Shown in pieces: positions 10,356 through 20,229 of a stretch of DNA of 64,000 nucleotides. Under the pieces are notes generated by a model. That model was not told the origin of the DNA. It saw only the letters and a list, made by a program, of their open reading frames with translations, and searched no databases. Origin of the DNA: a bacterium (GTDB lineage Bacteria; Patescibacteriota; Minisyncoccia; Phycocordibacterales; UBA9973); the NCBI GenBank assembly GCA_037130655.1, contig JBAXSP010000003.1, positions 68,684-132,683 of the forward strand, given 5' to 3'. Both the position numbers and the translations under genes were made by a program. Numbering within the stretch: position 1 is the stretch's first letter; each line of letters starts with the position of its first letter.

Positions 10356-11342
10356 TTACAGTGCTTGTCGGATTATTTTGTATAATTTTCGAACCTTGCG
10401 TAACATATTTCTTTGAAATAGAAACAATCGTTTTTTTTCATAGATTACTGGTGTTGTATCCCTTTCTCCTCGTTTATAGTCTTTCATATCAGCGATACAT
10501 TCTTCGTATGACTGTAGTTGAAAAGTTCGATCCATATATTTCCATCCACTGGTAATATTGTATCCGCAACCCCAATAACCGTCTGAGGTATTCCATTGTG
10601 ACCAGTATTTCGGTGCAATGCAGTATTTCAAGTTTTCATTCAACCAAGCAGGGAACCAAGCAAAACTAGAATTTGAAAGAATTAAATAGTGAGCATTTTT
10701 TACAACGACATAATCTTTTGCAATATTAAAATGAAGCACATCAAAAGCAGGGAAGAACTTTTTGGCAGTGATCACATCATCAGTAATGACAATAAAGCGA
10801 AAGTCAGGATTGATTTTGCGCATATGAGTGACTGCGTTGTCCCAATACTCTTGCGGAAGAAATACGTGAGGAATACCAACATATTCACCACCACGAAAAT
10901 TGATTACGCAAATGTGTTCATTTGCGTAATCAAAACATTCATACGTATCTTTTACTTTCAACCACTCACGAATTTCATCTTTGTGTGACAAGATGTATTG
11001 CTCGTCTTGCATGATACCGTCGATTTTGGTGTTGTCAGCTACGTTCATCAAGTCTGCATCGTAAGTACGAATATCAACACCAGTTTTTGGATGGAGGAGT
11101 TGTTTTTCTCGGTAATAATGAGTTATTCCTTCAGGTAGTGTGATAGCAGGTCCTCCTTCAGGACCAGTACCACCAATTACTTGTTCGCCGAAATCTAGAC
11201 TCATGAAATCCAAACATTTGAATTTTTGCGGATTCATGATGCCGTATTTATACCCTTTATTTTTGGCAATTACTCTTGTCACCACATAGCACCACAGTTG
11301 GTTTCCAAGTCCTTGTCCGTTGTATATTTCGGTGACAATCAT
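10356..11342 (-). CDS. GT11-like glycosyltransferase, second copy
   Basis: N-terminal GQGLGNQLW and C-terminal LILSNSSFAWFPAWL mirror GT11 motifs I and III of ORF 5256-6101. Confidence 0.6.
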   Translation of the reverse strand: MIVTEIYNGQGLGNQLWCYVVTRVIAKNKGYKYGIMNPQKFKCLDFMSLDFGEQVIGGTGPEGGPAITLPEGITHYYREKQLLHPKTGVDIRTYDADLMNVADNTKIDGIMQDEQYILSHKDEIREWLKVKDTYECFDYANEHICVINFRGGEYVGIPHVFLPQEYWDNAVTHMRKINPDFRFIVITDDVITAKKFFPAFDVLHFNIAKDYVVVKNAHYLILSNSSFAWFPAWLNENLKYCIAPKYWSQWNTSDGYWGCGYNITSGWKYMDRTFQLQSYEECIADMKDYKRGERDTTPVIYEKKRLFLFQRNMLRKVRKLYKIIRQAL

Positions 11343-11345
11343 AAT

Positions 11346-13040
11346 TTATATTTTAATGTGTAATTTTCTAAGAATCTTTTTTAGTGGCCAGAAAATCTGA
11401 GGAAGAACTAATTTACTTCCATGGAAACCAAACGGTTTCCAAACAGATTCTTTACAATCGGTTTCGTGAGAAAATCGTGCAGCTACATCTACTGGAGCAA
11501 ATTTAATACCTGCATCTTCTAAAGTCTTGCGGTGATACACACAAATCAAACCATCTTCGTGGAAAAATCCAGTACCATTATCAGTAAATGGTAAATTAAG
11601 TTCATTGAGGATGTTCAACAGCTTTTTACTTCGAAGGGTAAAACCTCCATTACCAACACGCACATTCACACCTTCGTTGGTGAAGTGAACATTTGGTGCC
11701 CAGGGTGCGCCAATGTAATCATATTTCAAAAAGTCTGGATCCCATTTTTGCGGACGGAGAATATACCCATCATTTTGTACAAGCATTACATAATCTGTTT
11801 GTATATAATCAGCAAGTTTGTACGCAACAAAATGGTTATATCCTTTGTAGTCGAGTTTTTCGATATTGATAACCTTGATACCTAGATCATCGAGATTTAT
11901 TTTTTCATGCGTAATCAAAATCGCTTCTGCGAAATCAATTCCTTTCATACTTTCGCGAAGTGCATGAATGGTGTCATTGATTCGAGTGCAAGCAACTGCA
12001 ACAAGGGTGACAGTAGGTAATTGTATTTTTTGATTAGTTGTTTTCCAAAAACTATAAATATTTTTGTGGATTTCGTACTTCATATTTTTTACTTGGCGTT
12101 CAGGTTGTTTCTCTGCCCAGTCAAACATCTTACGAATCGTTTTTTCGATATTTGTATCATCAGAAAAGGCTAATAAATTTTTTGCTTTGTCATGATTACA
12201 ATAAGCATCCTTGACTTCAAGGCGAGGTTCTTTGTGTTCGATAGTTGTCTTATGTCCTTTTTCTGCGCCAATTTTTTGTACAAGCTCAGCGATATCTTTG
12301 AGTTTAAATTCTTGGTCTGCTCCAATATTAAAAATCTCACCATCAAAACCATCCATCAATTTTTCGAATGGCTCCATATAAAAAGAGATATCAGAAAAAG
12401 CTCGAGTTTGTTCGCCGTCACCGTAAATAAGTATTGGTTCACCTGCGAGTGTTCGGCGTATCCAAATACCGATAACATTTCGATATCGGTCCCAAATATT
12501 TTGATTTACCCCAATAACGTTGTGTGGTCGGATGATGGTGTATCTTAGTCCGAATTGATCGTGCGCTTGTTTTATATCCATTTCGATGGCGTATTTTGCA
12601 ATACCATATGGATCTGCTGGTTTCGGTAACATTTCTTCGGTGAATGGAGGAGTGCTATGTCCGTATACTGCCATTGATGAAGTAAAGATGAGTTTTTTGA
12701 CATCATGCACAACACAATTATTGATAACATTGGCTGAACAGATGAGATTGTTGGTGTAATTGAAATTTCGAATAAACGGAGAAAGTCCTTCAGCTGCATA
12801 TGCAGCAAAGTGATACACATACTCAGGTTTATGTTTTGCGAAAATGCTGGCTATTTTTTCAGCATCAAAAAGATCTACTTGATAAAAAGTACCTGCATCA
12901 ATGATTCTACTGTCCACAAAATCTTTGTATCCACCAAAGAGACTATCGATACCGATAACCTCATGACCTTTGTCGAGCAGATGTTTTGAAAAATGACTCC
13001 CAAGTAGACCTGCAACACCTGTAACTAAAACTTTACTCAT
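11346..13040 (-). CDS. Fusion protein: NAD-dependent sugar epimerase/dehydratase (N-terminal) plus uncharacterised ~240-aa C-terminal domain
   Basis: N-terminal VLVTGVAGLLGSHFSKHLL Rossmann motif and SDR YxxxK. The C-terminal half (from ~aa 330) has no catalytic motif I recognise. Confidence 0.7.
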   Translation of the reverse strand: MSKVLVTGVAGLLGSHFSKHLLDKGHEVIGIDSLFGGYKDFVDSRIIDAGTFYQVDLFDAEKIASIFAKHKPEYVYHFAAYAAEGLSPFIRNFNYTNNLICSANVINNCVVHDVKKLIFTSSMAVYGHSTPPFTEEMLPKPADPYGIAKYAIEMDIKQAHDQFGLRYTIIRPHNVIGVNQNIWDRYRNVIGIWIRRTLAGEPILIYGDGEQTRAFSDISFYMEPFEKLMDGFDGEIFNIGADQEFKLKDIAELVQKIGAEKGHKTTIEHKEPRLEVKDAYCNHDKAKNLLAFSDDTNIEKTIRKMFDWAEKQPERQVKNMKYEIHKNIYSFWKTTNQKIQLPTVTLVAVACTRINDTIHALRESMKGIDFAEAILITHEKINLDDLGIKVINIEKLDYKGYNHFVAYKLADYIQTDYVMLVQNDGYILRPQKWDPDFLKYDYIGAPWAPNVHFTNEGVNVRVGNGGFTLRSKKLLNILNELNLPFTDNGTGFFHEDGLICVYHRKTLEDAGIKFAPVDVAARFSHETDCKESVWKPFGFHGSKLVLPQIFWPLKKILRKLHIKI

Positions 13041-13816
13041 ATAATTGATCGAAATTTTCTAATAAGTTTTTTTATATAAAACATTCCAACGACGCGTAAT
13101 CTGTAAGGAAAAGAGATGAAGGTTTTACCGTATTTTCGAAGACAGTAACGATATTCTTCATAGCGTATCTGTGTCGTTGCTTCGGTATTTGTTACCTGAT
13201 GCTCTCCTAATCCAATGGATACTGTTATTTCGTTTAGAATTTTAAGTTTACCAAATCTATCATAACATTTTCTATAGTAATCACAATCCATTAACCATGC
13301 TAAATTGTTGTCAAATAAGGGGATATTTTGATTTTTTAGCGTTAAAACAGAAGGGGCTCCAATGGTATTTTTACCTAGATATATATTTGAATTATAGGTG
13401 GGGTAGTGTGTTTTGGAAAAAGATGTGCCGTTGGTAGTGTGATTACAAGCAGTAACCAACCAGTGATCTTTTTCTGTGTCGAAGTTTTTTACGATTTTTT
13501 CTAAAGAATCATTTCCATATAAAAAATCATCTTGGAACAATATTTTAATTAGTGTGCCAGTGGCTTTTGTCATCGCGTTGTTTATATTGGCAGATGAACT
13601 TCCAAGGTGTTCAGTGTTTTTATGATAATGAATCTGTAATTGGTTTCGATATGTTTCGCAAAATTCCTGTATTTTTGTATCTTTTGAATGATCAGAAATG
13701 ACAACATCAAAATCTTTGAATGATTGTTTCAGTAGTGCTTCAAAACTTCGTTGCAAGAAAGACGTTCCTTCTCCATGCATTTCATATGTGGGGATGCAGA
13801 TGCTTATTTTGGCCAT
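13037..13816 (-). CDS. GT2-family glycosyltransferase
   Basis: ISICIPTYEMHGEGTSFLQRSFEALLKQSFKDFDVVISDHS is a GT-A N-terminal signature. Confidence 0.75.
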   Translation of the reverse strand: MAKISICIPTYEMHGEGTSFLQRSFEALLKQSFKDFDVVISDHSKDTKIQEFCETYRNQLQIHYHKNTEHLGSSSANINNAMTKATGTLIKILFQDDFLYGNDSLEKIVKNFDTEKDHWLVTACNHTTNGTSFSKTHYPTYNSNIYLGKNTIGAPSVLTLKNQNIPLFDNNLAWLMDCDYYRKCYDRFGKLKILNEITVSIGLGEHQVTNTEATTQIRYEEYRYCLRKYGKTFISFPYRLRVVGMFYIKKLIRKFRSII

Positions 13817-15252
13817 AGTGTTGTTTGTAAATCTTTTAGAATAGGTTCTTTAAGAAGTAATAATGTTGATAGATAGCAGATCAGGGATATCAATATAATT
13901 ACTACCACCGGTAATTTCAGTGCTTGCAATAGCAAAATTAGAATACTCATGAGTATTGTTGAAAACAATATCTTTTTTATAGTAAGTGGAATACTGTGTT
14001 CAGTACTCATCACTTTCCATGATAATAAAGTGATAACGATTGTTGACAATAGTGTTGCTACTGCTGATCCTGTTGCGCCGAACGTAGGAATTAGTAAAGC
14101 ATTAAGAATAATATTGATACCAACACCAGTAATATAAATGGGTGCTAGTACGCGTTGTTTGTTGTATGAAAAAATTGCATTTGATAGTGAAATTAATGGG
14201 AATGAAAAAATAAGCATAAACATCAGCGTGTACATAATAGGGACCGCTTCAATATATCCAGCGCCGAAAATTAATAAAATTAATTCTTTTGATAACAACA
14301 TACCACCAAAAGCGATTGGTAATCCAACAAGCATTGTCATTGAGATTGTTTTTCCAAGGGTAAAAGAAAAATGATTTTTATCCGTGTGTGCAAGTCGTGA
14401 CAGAATAGGGAAAGTTGCGGTGGCAATCATTGATGGAATGATCAAAATAAATTGCTGGATTCGTTGAACCGATGCATACAAGCCAATTTCATCAGCATTT
14501 TTCCATAAACCAAGCATGTAAATATCAGTGTTTCCGAGGATTGTTCCAATCAAAGCAACAAATGCAAATGGCCATGTTATTTGCATGATTTTTTTTGTAA
14601 GACGTATATTAATTGGTACCCAAAAATCTTTGATATATTTTTTAAGCATTGCAATAACTGCAATTGTTCCAATGGCACTGCCGATTGCGTACGCAATCGC
14701 TATTGATTGTGCGGTCGGTTTATTTTTGATCAGCAGTATTCCTATTATCAATATCAATCCATTAACAATTGTTTTAATAAACATTTCCCACTCCATCTTT
14801 TCATAAGCACGGTTGAGGGAGAATCCAGTTTCTCGTATTGCGTCAAAAAACATAACAACCGCAATCAATGGAAATAACACATTAGCTTCAGGGATATGTG
14901 AAATAGTTGGGCCAATAATAACAATTAAAAACCCACTTATAATAAGTAGTATTGTTTTTATAAAAAGTACTGTAGCAATAAATGATTGATGATCTTCTTT
15001 TTTTTGAATTATTTCTCGAGTCAGTAACCCGCCAAGCCCAATATCAGAAAATATCATAACTAGTCCGCCGATTGATATTGCATATGAAAAAACTCCCCAA
15101 CCAGCACTGCCTAATAATCTGGCTGCATAAATAATCAATCCCATTTTCAAAAGACGTCCTGTTGCTTCACTTGCAATTAACCAAAAAGTATTTTTGGTGA
15201 CAGTTTGTTTTGAACTTGTATTATGAAAAAGAAATTTTTTTATTCTCTGCAT
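13804..15252 (-). CDS. Wzx-type oligosaccharide flippase (MOP/polysaccharide biosynthesis protein family)
   Basis: 482 aa, ~12-14 TM helices, typical Wzx hydrophobic pattern. Location within the glycan cluster. Confidence 0.7.
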   Translation of the reverse strand: MQRIKKFLFHNTSSKQTVTKNTFWLIASEATGRLLKMGLIIYAARLLGSAGWGVFSYAISIGGLVMIFSDIGLGGLLTREIIQKKEDHQSFIATVLFIKTILLIISGFLIVIIGPTISHIPEANVLFPLIAVVMFFDAIRETGFSLNRAYEKMEWEMFIKTIVNGLILIIGILLIKNKPTAQSIAIAYAIGSAIGTIAVIAMLKKYIKDFWVPINIRLTKKIMQITWPFAFVALIGTILGNTDIYMLGLWKNADEIGLYASVQRIQQFILIIPSMIATATFPILSRLAHTDKNHFSFTLGKTISMTMLVGLPIAFGGMLLSKELILLIFGAGYIEAVPIMYTLMFMLIFSFPLISLSNAIFSYNKQRVLAPIYITGVGINIILNALLIPTFGATGSAVATLLSTIVITLLSWKVMSTEHSIPLTIKKILFSTILMSILILLLQALKLPVVVIILISLICYLSTLLLLKEPILKDLQTTLWPK

Positions 15253-15258
15253 AGATAA

Positions 15259-16554
15259 TTAATGAGTGAAAATAATTTGAATTGTTTTGATGATAATTCC
15301 AAGATCGATAAAGAGCGTGTGATTTTTGATATAGAACAAATCGTATTCGAATTTTTCACGAGAGTCCATTATTGAACGAGCATAACGGAATTTGATTTGT
15401 GCCCAACCGGTAAACCCTGGTTTGACGGTATGTCGAAGAAAATAATAGGGGATTTCTTTTTCGAGTCCTTCAACAAATTCAGGTCGTTCCGGTCGTGGTC
15501 CGACAAGTGTAATATCACCACGTAAAATATTTATCATCTGAGGTATTTCATCGATATGAGTTTTTCGAATTATTTTACCTACTTTCGTAATACGATTATC
15601 ATTTTGCGATGCCCATTGCGCACCTGTATTTTCTGCTGATCCGTCTGCGGAAAGTACAATCATGCTACGAAATTTGTATATTGTAAAAAGGTTCTTTTGT
15701 TTGCCTACACGAGTTTGTTTTAGGAATATTTGTTTTCTGTCGTTTATAAAAATGGCAATAGCTGTAATGATTGTAATAGGTAGTGTGATAAGTATGACAG
15801 AGGAAGCAAAAACAATATCGATTAATCGTCTGATAGTTTTTTCAAGAATATTTTCGCGTTGTTCCAATATTTTTATTGCAAGACCATCATCTATCAAAGA
15901 AACAGGGAGCTTAGACAAAATCATTTGAAATGCTTTTTTGATATCGAGATATTGATATGACGATTGCGAAAGTTGCATCAAGTCAGCGGTGTGAATAGTT
16001 TGTATGTAGACAATCGTATCTATTTTTTCTGATGATTGTAGTAATGCATCAAAATCAGTAAACGTTCCTTTGTAGGCATATCCAATGTGCGGATTTTGCT
16101 TGATATTTTCAATAAGGATTTTTGATTCGGGTGTTTCTCCAATGAAGGCAATGTTGTTTTTGAAATTTTTAGCAAAAACGTAATAGAACAAACTTCTCCA
16201 GAGAAATACCAATCCTGCAAAGAGTGCTTGTGTAATCAACAGGTTTGTTTTGGGTGCGATTTGGAATGAAAGAAAGTAAAACAACGTAATACCAGCAAGG
16301 GTGCTAGTCCCAAGTGCCAAAAGAAACTGTCTGAGATTAGTGAAATTTGGTTTGAGTGACGTTGCTTCGTATACATTGAAGATATAGAAAATCACAAAAA
16401 TAAGTCCACCCCAAATACTAAATGGTACAAGGTGTGGTTGCACCATTTGCGGTGCATCATTTATTCCAAAGCGAATAATCAGCATCAAATATCCAGCACC
16501 ACAGAGCATTAGTGCATCACCGAGAAAGAGAAGTGTTTTACGCCAATTTTTCAT
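15259..16554 (-). CDS. Polyprenyl-phosphate glycosylphosphotransferase (WbaP/CpsE-type initiating sugar transferase)
   Basis: C-terminal bacterial sugar transferase domain: KQTRVGKQKNLFTIYKFRSM...DEIPQMINILRGDITLVGPRPERPEF. N-terminal TM bundle. Confidence 0.85.
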   Translation of the reverse strand: MKNWRKTLLFLGDALMLCGAGYLMLIIRFGINDAPQMVQPHLVPFSIWGGLIFVIFYIFNVYEATSLKPNFTNLRQFLLALGTSTLAGITLFYFLSFQIAPKTNLLITQALFAGLVFLWRSLFYYVFAKNFKNNIAFIGETPESKILIENIKQNPHIGYAYKGTFTDFDALLQSSEKIDTIVYIQTIHTADLMQLSQSSYQYLDIKKAFQMILSKLPVSLIDDGLAIKILEQRENILEKTIRRLIDIVFASSVILITLPITIITAIAIFINDRKQIFLKQTRVGKQKNLFTIYKFRSMIVLSADGSAENTGAQWASQNDNRITKVGKIIRKTHIDEIPQMINILRGDITLVGPRPERPEFVEGLEKEIPYYFLRHTVKPGFTGWAQIKFRYARSIMDSREKFEYDLFYIKNHTLFIDLGIIIKTIQIIFTH

Positions 16555-16603
16555 ATGGCTATAGTATACCGTAGATAACTGCGAATGTAGAGTTGCGTAA
16601 AAT

Positions 16604-17632
16604 TTGACGATTTGTATACTTTACGGTGAGATGTTTACTTTTCTCAAGAACAACCGAAGAGCAATAGTGTATACAGTCGCCCTGCTTGGTATCGGCTTTG
16701 TTGTTGGTTATGTTGTCAAACCATCACAAATAGTTTCATCAAAAGCAATCAGAGAAAACACCAATAAGTATACTTTTATACACCCGTTACTCGCAGTAAA
16801 TCGTCAGGATGATACACCTTCTCCGCAATTTAATGATTTGTACAACAGTGTAGATAAGTTGATTGATCAAAAAAAGAAAACAACTTCATTGATTGATTCA
16901 TCGGTGTATTTTATTAGTTACGATAAAAATAACGGGTCTTTTGCGATTAATCAAGATCAAAAATATTCTCCGGCAAGTTTGCTCAAGGTGGTGATTATGA
17001 TTGCATATCTCAAAAAATCAGAAACGTATCAAAATATTTTAAATCAAAAAATTGTCTACACAGCCACTATCGAGCAGACATTGGAAAAGGTTCCTTTTGA
17101 AACACCAAGTAATTTGATGATAGGTCAGTCATATTCTTTTTCTGAGTTGATTAATCGAATGATCGTTGATTCTGATAATGGCGCCAAAAATATTCTCTTG
17201 TCACACATTGAAGATGAGTATCTCAATCAGGTATATAGTGATTTGAATTTGAAAGGCCCAAGTGATAATACTGACTACACTATTTCAGTCAAAGATTATG
17301 CGCTATTTTTGCGAGTACTATTTAATGCCACCTATTTGAGTGATGTTAATTCTGAAAAAGCACTCGCTATATTAAGTAAGGCAACTTTCGATAAAGGGTT
17401 GTCGATAGGGGTTCCGTCGGGTACGGTTATTGCGCATAAATTTGGCGAACATATCAACGGCAAAAACGATAGTATTGATTCTATTGAGTTGCATGATTGT
17501 GGTATTGTGTATTATCCAAAAAATCCATATCTTGTTTGCGTGATGACTCGAGGAAAAGATATTAAGGTGTTGCAAAATACAATCGGAGAAATTTCAAAAA
17601 CAATATATGATTTTGTTTCAAAACAAAATTAA
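16604..17632 (+). CDS. Membrane-anchored serine hydrolase, class A beta-lactamase-like / PBP-like
   Basis: N-terminal TM segment. SxxK (SLLK) and SDN motifs. Degenerate KTG-like motif (HKFG). Confidence 0.6.
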   Translation: MTICILYGEMFTFLKNNRRAIVYTVALLGIGFVVGYVVKPSQIVSSKAIRENTNKYTFIHPLLAVNRQDDTPSPQFNDLYNSVDKLIDQKKKTTSLIDSSVYFISYDKNNGSFAINQDQKYSPASLLKVVIMIAYLKKSETYQNILNQKIVYTATIEQTLEKVPFETPSNLMIGQSYSFSELINRMIVDSDNGAKNILLSHIEDEYLNQVYSDLNLKGPSDNTDYTISVKDYALFLRVLFNATYLSDVNSEKALAILSKATFDKGLSIGVPSGTVIAHKFGEHINGKNDSIDSIELHDCGIVYYPKNPYLVCVMTRGKDIKVLQNTIGEISKTIYDFVSKQN

Positions 17633-17692
17633 AGCATCACTGTTTACGGGAAATCGTGGTATATATTAGGTGTACCATAAATAATCATTTCT

Positions 17693-18157
17693 ATGTCAAA
17701 TAATAAAAAAATACTTAGTACTATTGCACTCATTGTCATTATTATACTTCTTGCTTTTTTTGTTTGGAAACAAACAAAACAAACAGAGACTTCTATTGAT
17801 ACAAATATATCAATAGAATCAACAGAGGATGTTGATGTTGCAACAACAACCACTTCAGTTAAACCAGTAACAATAAGTTATCAAAAGGCACTTGAAATAT
17901 ATAAGGATAAGCGCATCCAGCTAGGCGCTACAACTGTCTGTACTGCTACACCAAATAATGTGACTTACAAAAACGGGACAAGTATCATGATAGACAATCG
18001 TTCAACAATTGCTCGAACAATCAAAATCGGAAGCACCTATACCGTCAAACCATATGGTTTCAAAATTATCAAACTGACAAGTAAAACACTTCCAGTTAAA
18101 TGGTATATGGATTGTAATAAACAGCAAAATGTTGCAACAATCTTGCTTCAAAAATAA
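17693..18157 (+). CDS. Hypothetical membrane-anchored protein
   Basis: ORF with N-terminal TM helix and no recognisable domain. Confidence 0.45.
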   Translation: MSNNKKILSTIALIVIIILLAFFVWKQTKQTETSIDTNISIESTEDVDVATTTTSVKPVTISYQKALEIYKDKRIQLGATTVCTATPNNVTYKNGTSIMIDNRSTIARTIKIGSTYTVKPYGFKIIKLTSKTLPVKWYMDCNKQQNVATILLQK

Positions 18158-18166
18158 TACTATATT

Positions 18167-18201
18167 CAAAAACCCGAAAGGGTTTTTGTTTTTGTTTTTT
18201 T
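18167..18201 (+). terminator. Rho-independent terminator (AAAAACCC-GAAA-GGGTTTTT + T-run)
   Basis: Hairpin with T-tract. Near-identical in layout to the terminator at 2978. Confidence 0.7.
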
Positions 18202-18217
18202 AACGTACAATAGCTAT

Positions 18218-19498
18218 ATGAAAAATTGGATAACTAAAATGATTATTGCCATACCGTTTGTACCACTCTTGTTTGATGCAAATGTATTTTTCCCTTTTAT
18301 TTCTCCGAAAGTTTTTGTCTTACGTTTTTTTGCTTTTCTGATAGCTGTTTGTATTGTATGGGATTTGTTCGGAGTCGAAAAAGAGTCCGCAATGGAGACC
18401 ATTGGTCGCATTGTCAAAAACAAACTTTTCAAGGTGTATATAGTACTTCTTGGGGTGATTACACTTTCTTCGTTATTTGCTGTTGATGCACACAAGGCGT
18501 TGATGGGGGATATTGAGCGATCAGAAGGACTGATTACACATCTCTGTTTTTCGGTTATCGTTTTTGGTGCAGTCTATGCAATGACCAAAAAAGACTGGAT
18601 CGCTTTTGCAAAATCTACGATTGTTAGTTGTTTTATTTTGTTTGTTTCAATATTGATTCCATATATACATGGAGCTAATCGTCCTTCTTCTTTTGTTGAT
18701 AACCCAATCTTTTTGGCAGCTTATTTTATTTTTACACTCACAGTGAGTGCTCTTTTGTCGACAACCCTGTTGCGTGAAGGTGAACAATGGAAAAGTACTT
18801 TTTGTCTCTGGGGTTTTGTGGGTGTATTACTTTCTTTTTTTGGTTTAATTATCACAGAAACAAGAGGTGCAATTTTGGGGGTGATGATAGGTCTTTTTTC
18901 AACGGGCATTGTATTACTTGTTCGTTCTTGGTCAGTTGTTTCAAAAAAACAAAAAATTATTTTGTTCGCCTCATTGCTACTTTTTGTTTCTCTTGTGCTG
19001 ACTTGTTTGTTTACACCGTTCGGACAAAAAATTCCGGGATTCAAACGATTGTCTGAGTCATCGCATACTGACTTTACCAAAACTGCCCGTTTTTTGAATA
19101 TTGGAATTTCTTTGCAAGCTGTTAATCCAGTGAAAAATGGTATCAAGCCACTGTTGATTGGCTGGGGGCAAGATAATTACAACGCTGCGTGGTACAAAAA
19201 TTATAATCCAAAAGTATACGAAGACGACAAAGCTTCGTTTGACCGTACACACAATAAAATTTTTGATGTGTTGGTAATGAATGGATTGTTTGCACTACTA
19301 CTTTATTTATTTGTTTGGGCACTCATTATTCGTACATGGTTTCGTGCTCCGTTGTACATAGGTTTGCCACTATTTTTCTGGTGTGTCGCGCACTTTATTC
19401 AAAACCTTTTTGCTTTTGAAAGTATCGTAAACTACATACCGTTTTTCTTGGTCGTAGCATTTACTGTGTGGTATCAAATCAATTCATATGAAAAATAA
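18218..19498 (+). CDS. Wzy_C-family membrane protein, copy 2 (paralog of 3031-4365)
   Basis: The FDRTHNKIFDVLVMNGLFALLLY and GWGQDNYNAAW motifs align with copy 1. The same TACAAT-6nt-ATG and ATGAAAAAT 5' end. Confidence 0.75.
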   Translation: MKNWITKMIIAIPFVPLLFDANVFFPFISPKVFVLRFFAFLIAVCIVWDLFGVEKESAMETIGRIVKNKLFKVYIVLLGVITLSSLFAVDAHKALMGDIERSEGLITHLCFSVIVFGAVYAMTKKDWIAFAKSTIVSCFILFVSILIPYIHGANRPSSFVDNPIFLAAYFIFTLTVSALLSTTLLREGEQWKSTFCLWGFVGVLLSFFGLIITETRGAILGVMIGLFSTGIVLLVRSWSVVSKKQKIILFASLLLFVSLVLTCLFTPFGQKIPGFKRLSESSHTDFTKTARFLNIGISLQAVNPVKNGIKPLLIGWGQDNYNAAWYKNYNPKVYEDDKASFDRTHNKIFDVLVMNGLFALLLYLFVWALIIRTWFRAPLYIGLPLFFWCVAHFIQNLFAFESIVNYIPFFLVVAFTVWYQINSYEK

Positions 19499-20102
19499 TA
19501 TTTTACACATACAAATAATAGCTATTCTTGTAATGGTTCTTGCGGGTGTTGTATTTGTCTGTGGTTCACTCATTCCATATATTCAAATGAATCAATACCA
19601 TTCTATTTTGGTAAACGGAGGAAATTTTGAAAATATTTTAGAAAAAGATGCTATTTTTAGTCCGCACACAACTGCAACTGATATGGTCTGTACACAAATA
19701 ATTGGAAATGTTTCGATTCCAATCACAAAGACATTCAATGAGGTTACTCCGGAAATAAAAGCATATGTACCTTTTTTACAAAATGTATTGTTACGTTGTA
19801 GCGATACTCTTACAAAAAGCACTGATCCAGTAGATAGATTTTTGATTAGTACTATTTATATGTACCTTGGAAATATTACAAATGAAAAAGTTTATTTTGA
19901 CAAAAGTGATGCTTTGATAAAAAGTATTTTTGATCAATCTCCTAAACGTCAACCGTTTGTTGAGTTTGCTGGAGTAAATTCATTTTTCAAAAGAGATTTT
20001 GTGAATGCAAAAAAACAGTTTACAGAAGCATTGAAAACAAATCCGAATTCTCGACAGGCGACATACTATCTAAATACCATCAATAGTTTCGGTATAAAAT
20101 AA
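19488..20102 (+). CDS. Membrane-anchored TPR-like partner protein, copy 2 (paralog of 4367-5254)
   Basis: N-terminal TM helix plus IPYIQMNQYH (cf. VPYIQMVQWK) and a C-terminal helical-repeat region. Confidence 0.6.
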   Translation: MKNNILHIQIIAILVMVLAGVVFVCGSLIPYIQMNQYHSILVNGGNFENILEKDAIFSPHTTATDMVCTQIIGNVSIPITKTFNEVTPEIKAYVPFLQNVLLRCSDTLTKSTDPVDRFLISTIYMYLGNITNEKVYFDKSDALIKSIFDQSPKRQPFVEFAGVNSFFKRDFVNAKKQFTEALKTNPNSRQATYYLNTINSFGIK

Positions 20103-20128
20103 GTTTTCATATGGTATAATAAAACCAT

Positions 20129-20218
20129 ATGAAAGGAGGAATTGCTTCAGTTTTATTGAAATATGTCGCACTGATTGGTGTAGGTGTGTTGTTGTGGTGG
20201 ATAGTCACACTGAAGTAA
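20129..20218 (+). CDS. 29-aa hydrophobic small ORF (MKGGIASVLLKYVALIGVGVLLWWIVTLK)
   Basis: TATAAT at 20115-20120 lies 8 nt upstream of the ATG. A 13-bp perfect hairpin follows immediately. Too short for the ORF track. Confidence 0.35.
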   Translation: MKGGIASVLLKYVALIGVGVLLWWIVTLK

Positions 20219-20229
20219 TTATTGCCAGC

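Noticed and set aside
16604-17632. Possible antibiotic-resistance beta-lactamase
   Set aside because: SxxK and SDN motifs are present but the KTG box is degenerate and the protein is membrane-anchored. This is more consistent with a PBP-like or transpeptidase-like cell-wall enzyme than a resistance determinant. Annotated as a serine hydrolase only.
20134-20140. Perfect AAGGAGG Shine-Dalgarno-like sequence
   Set aside because: It lies inside the mini-ORF (codons 2-4) and the only downstream in-frame ATG gives a 3-codon peptide. It is more likely coincidental in this largely leaderless genome.
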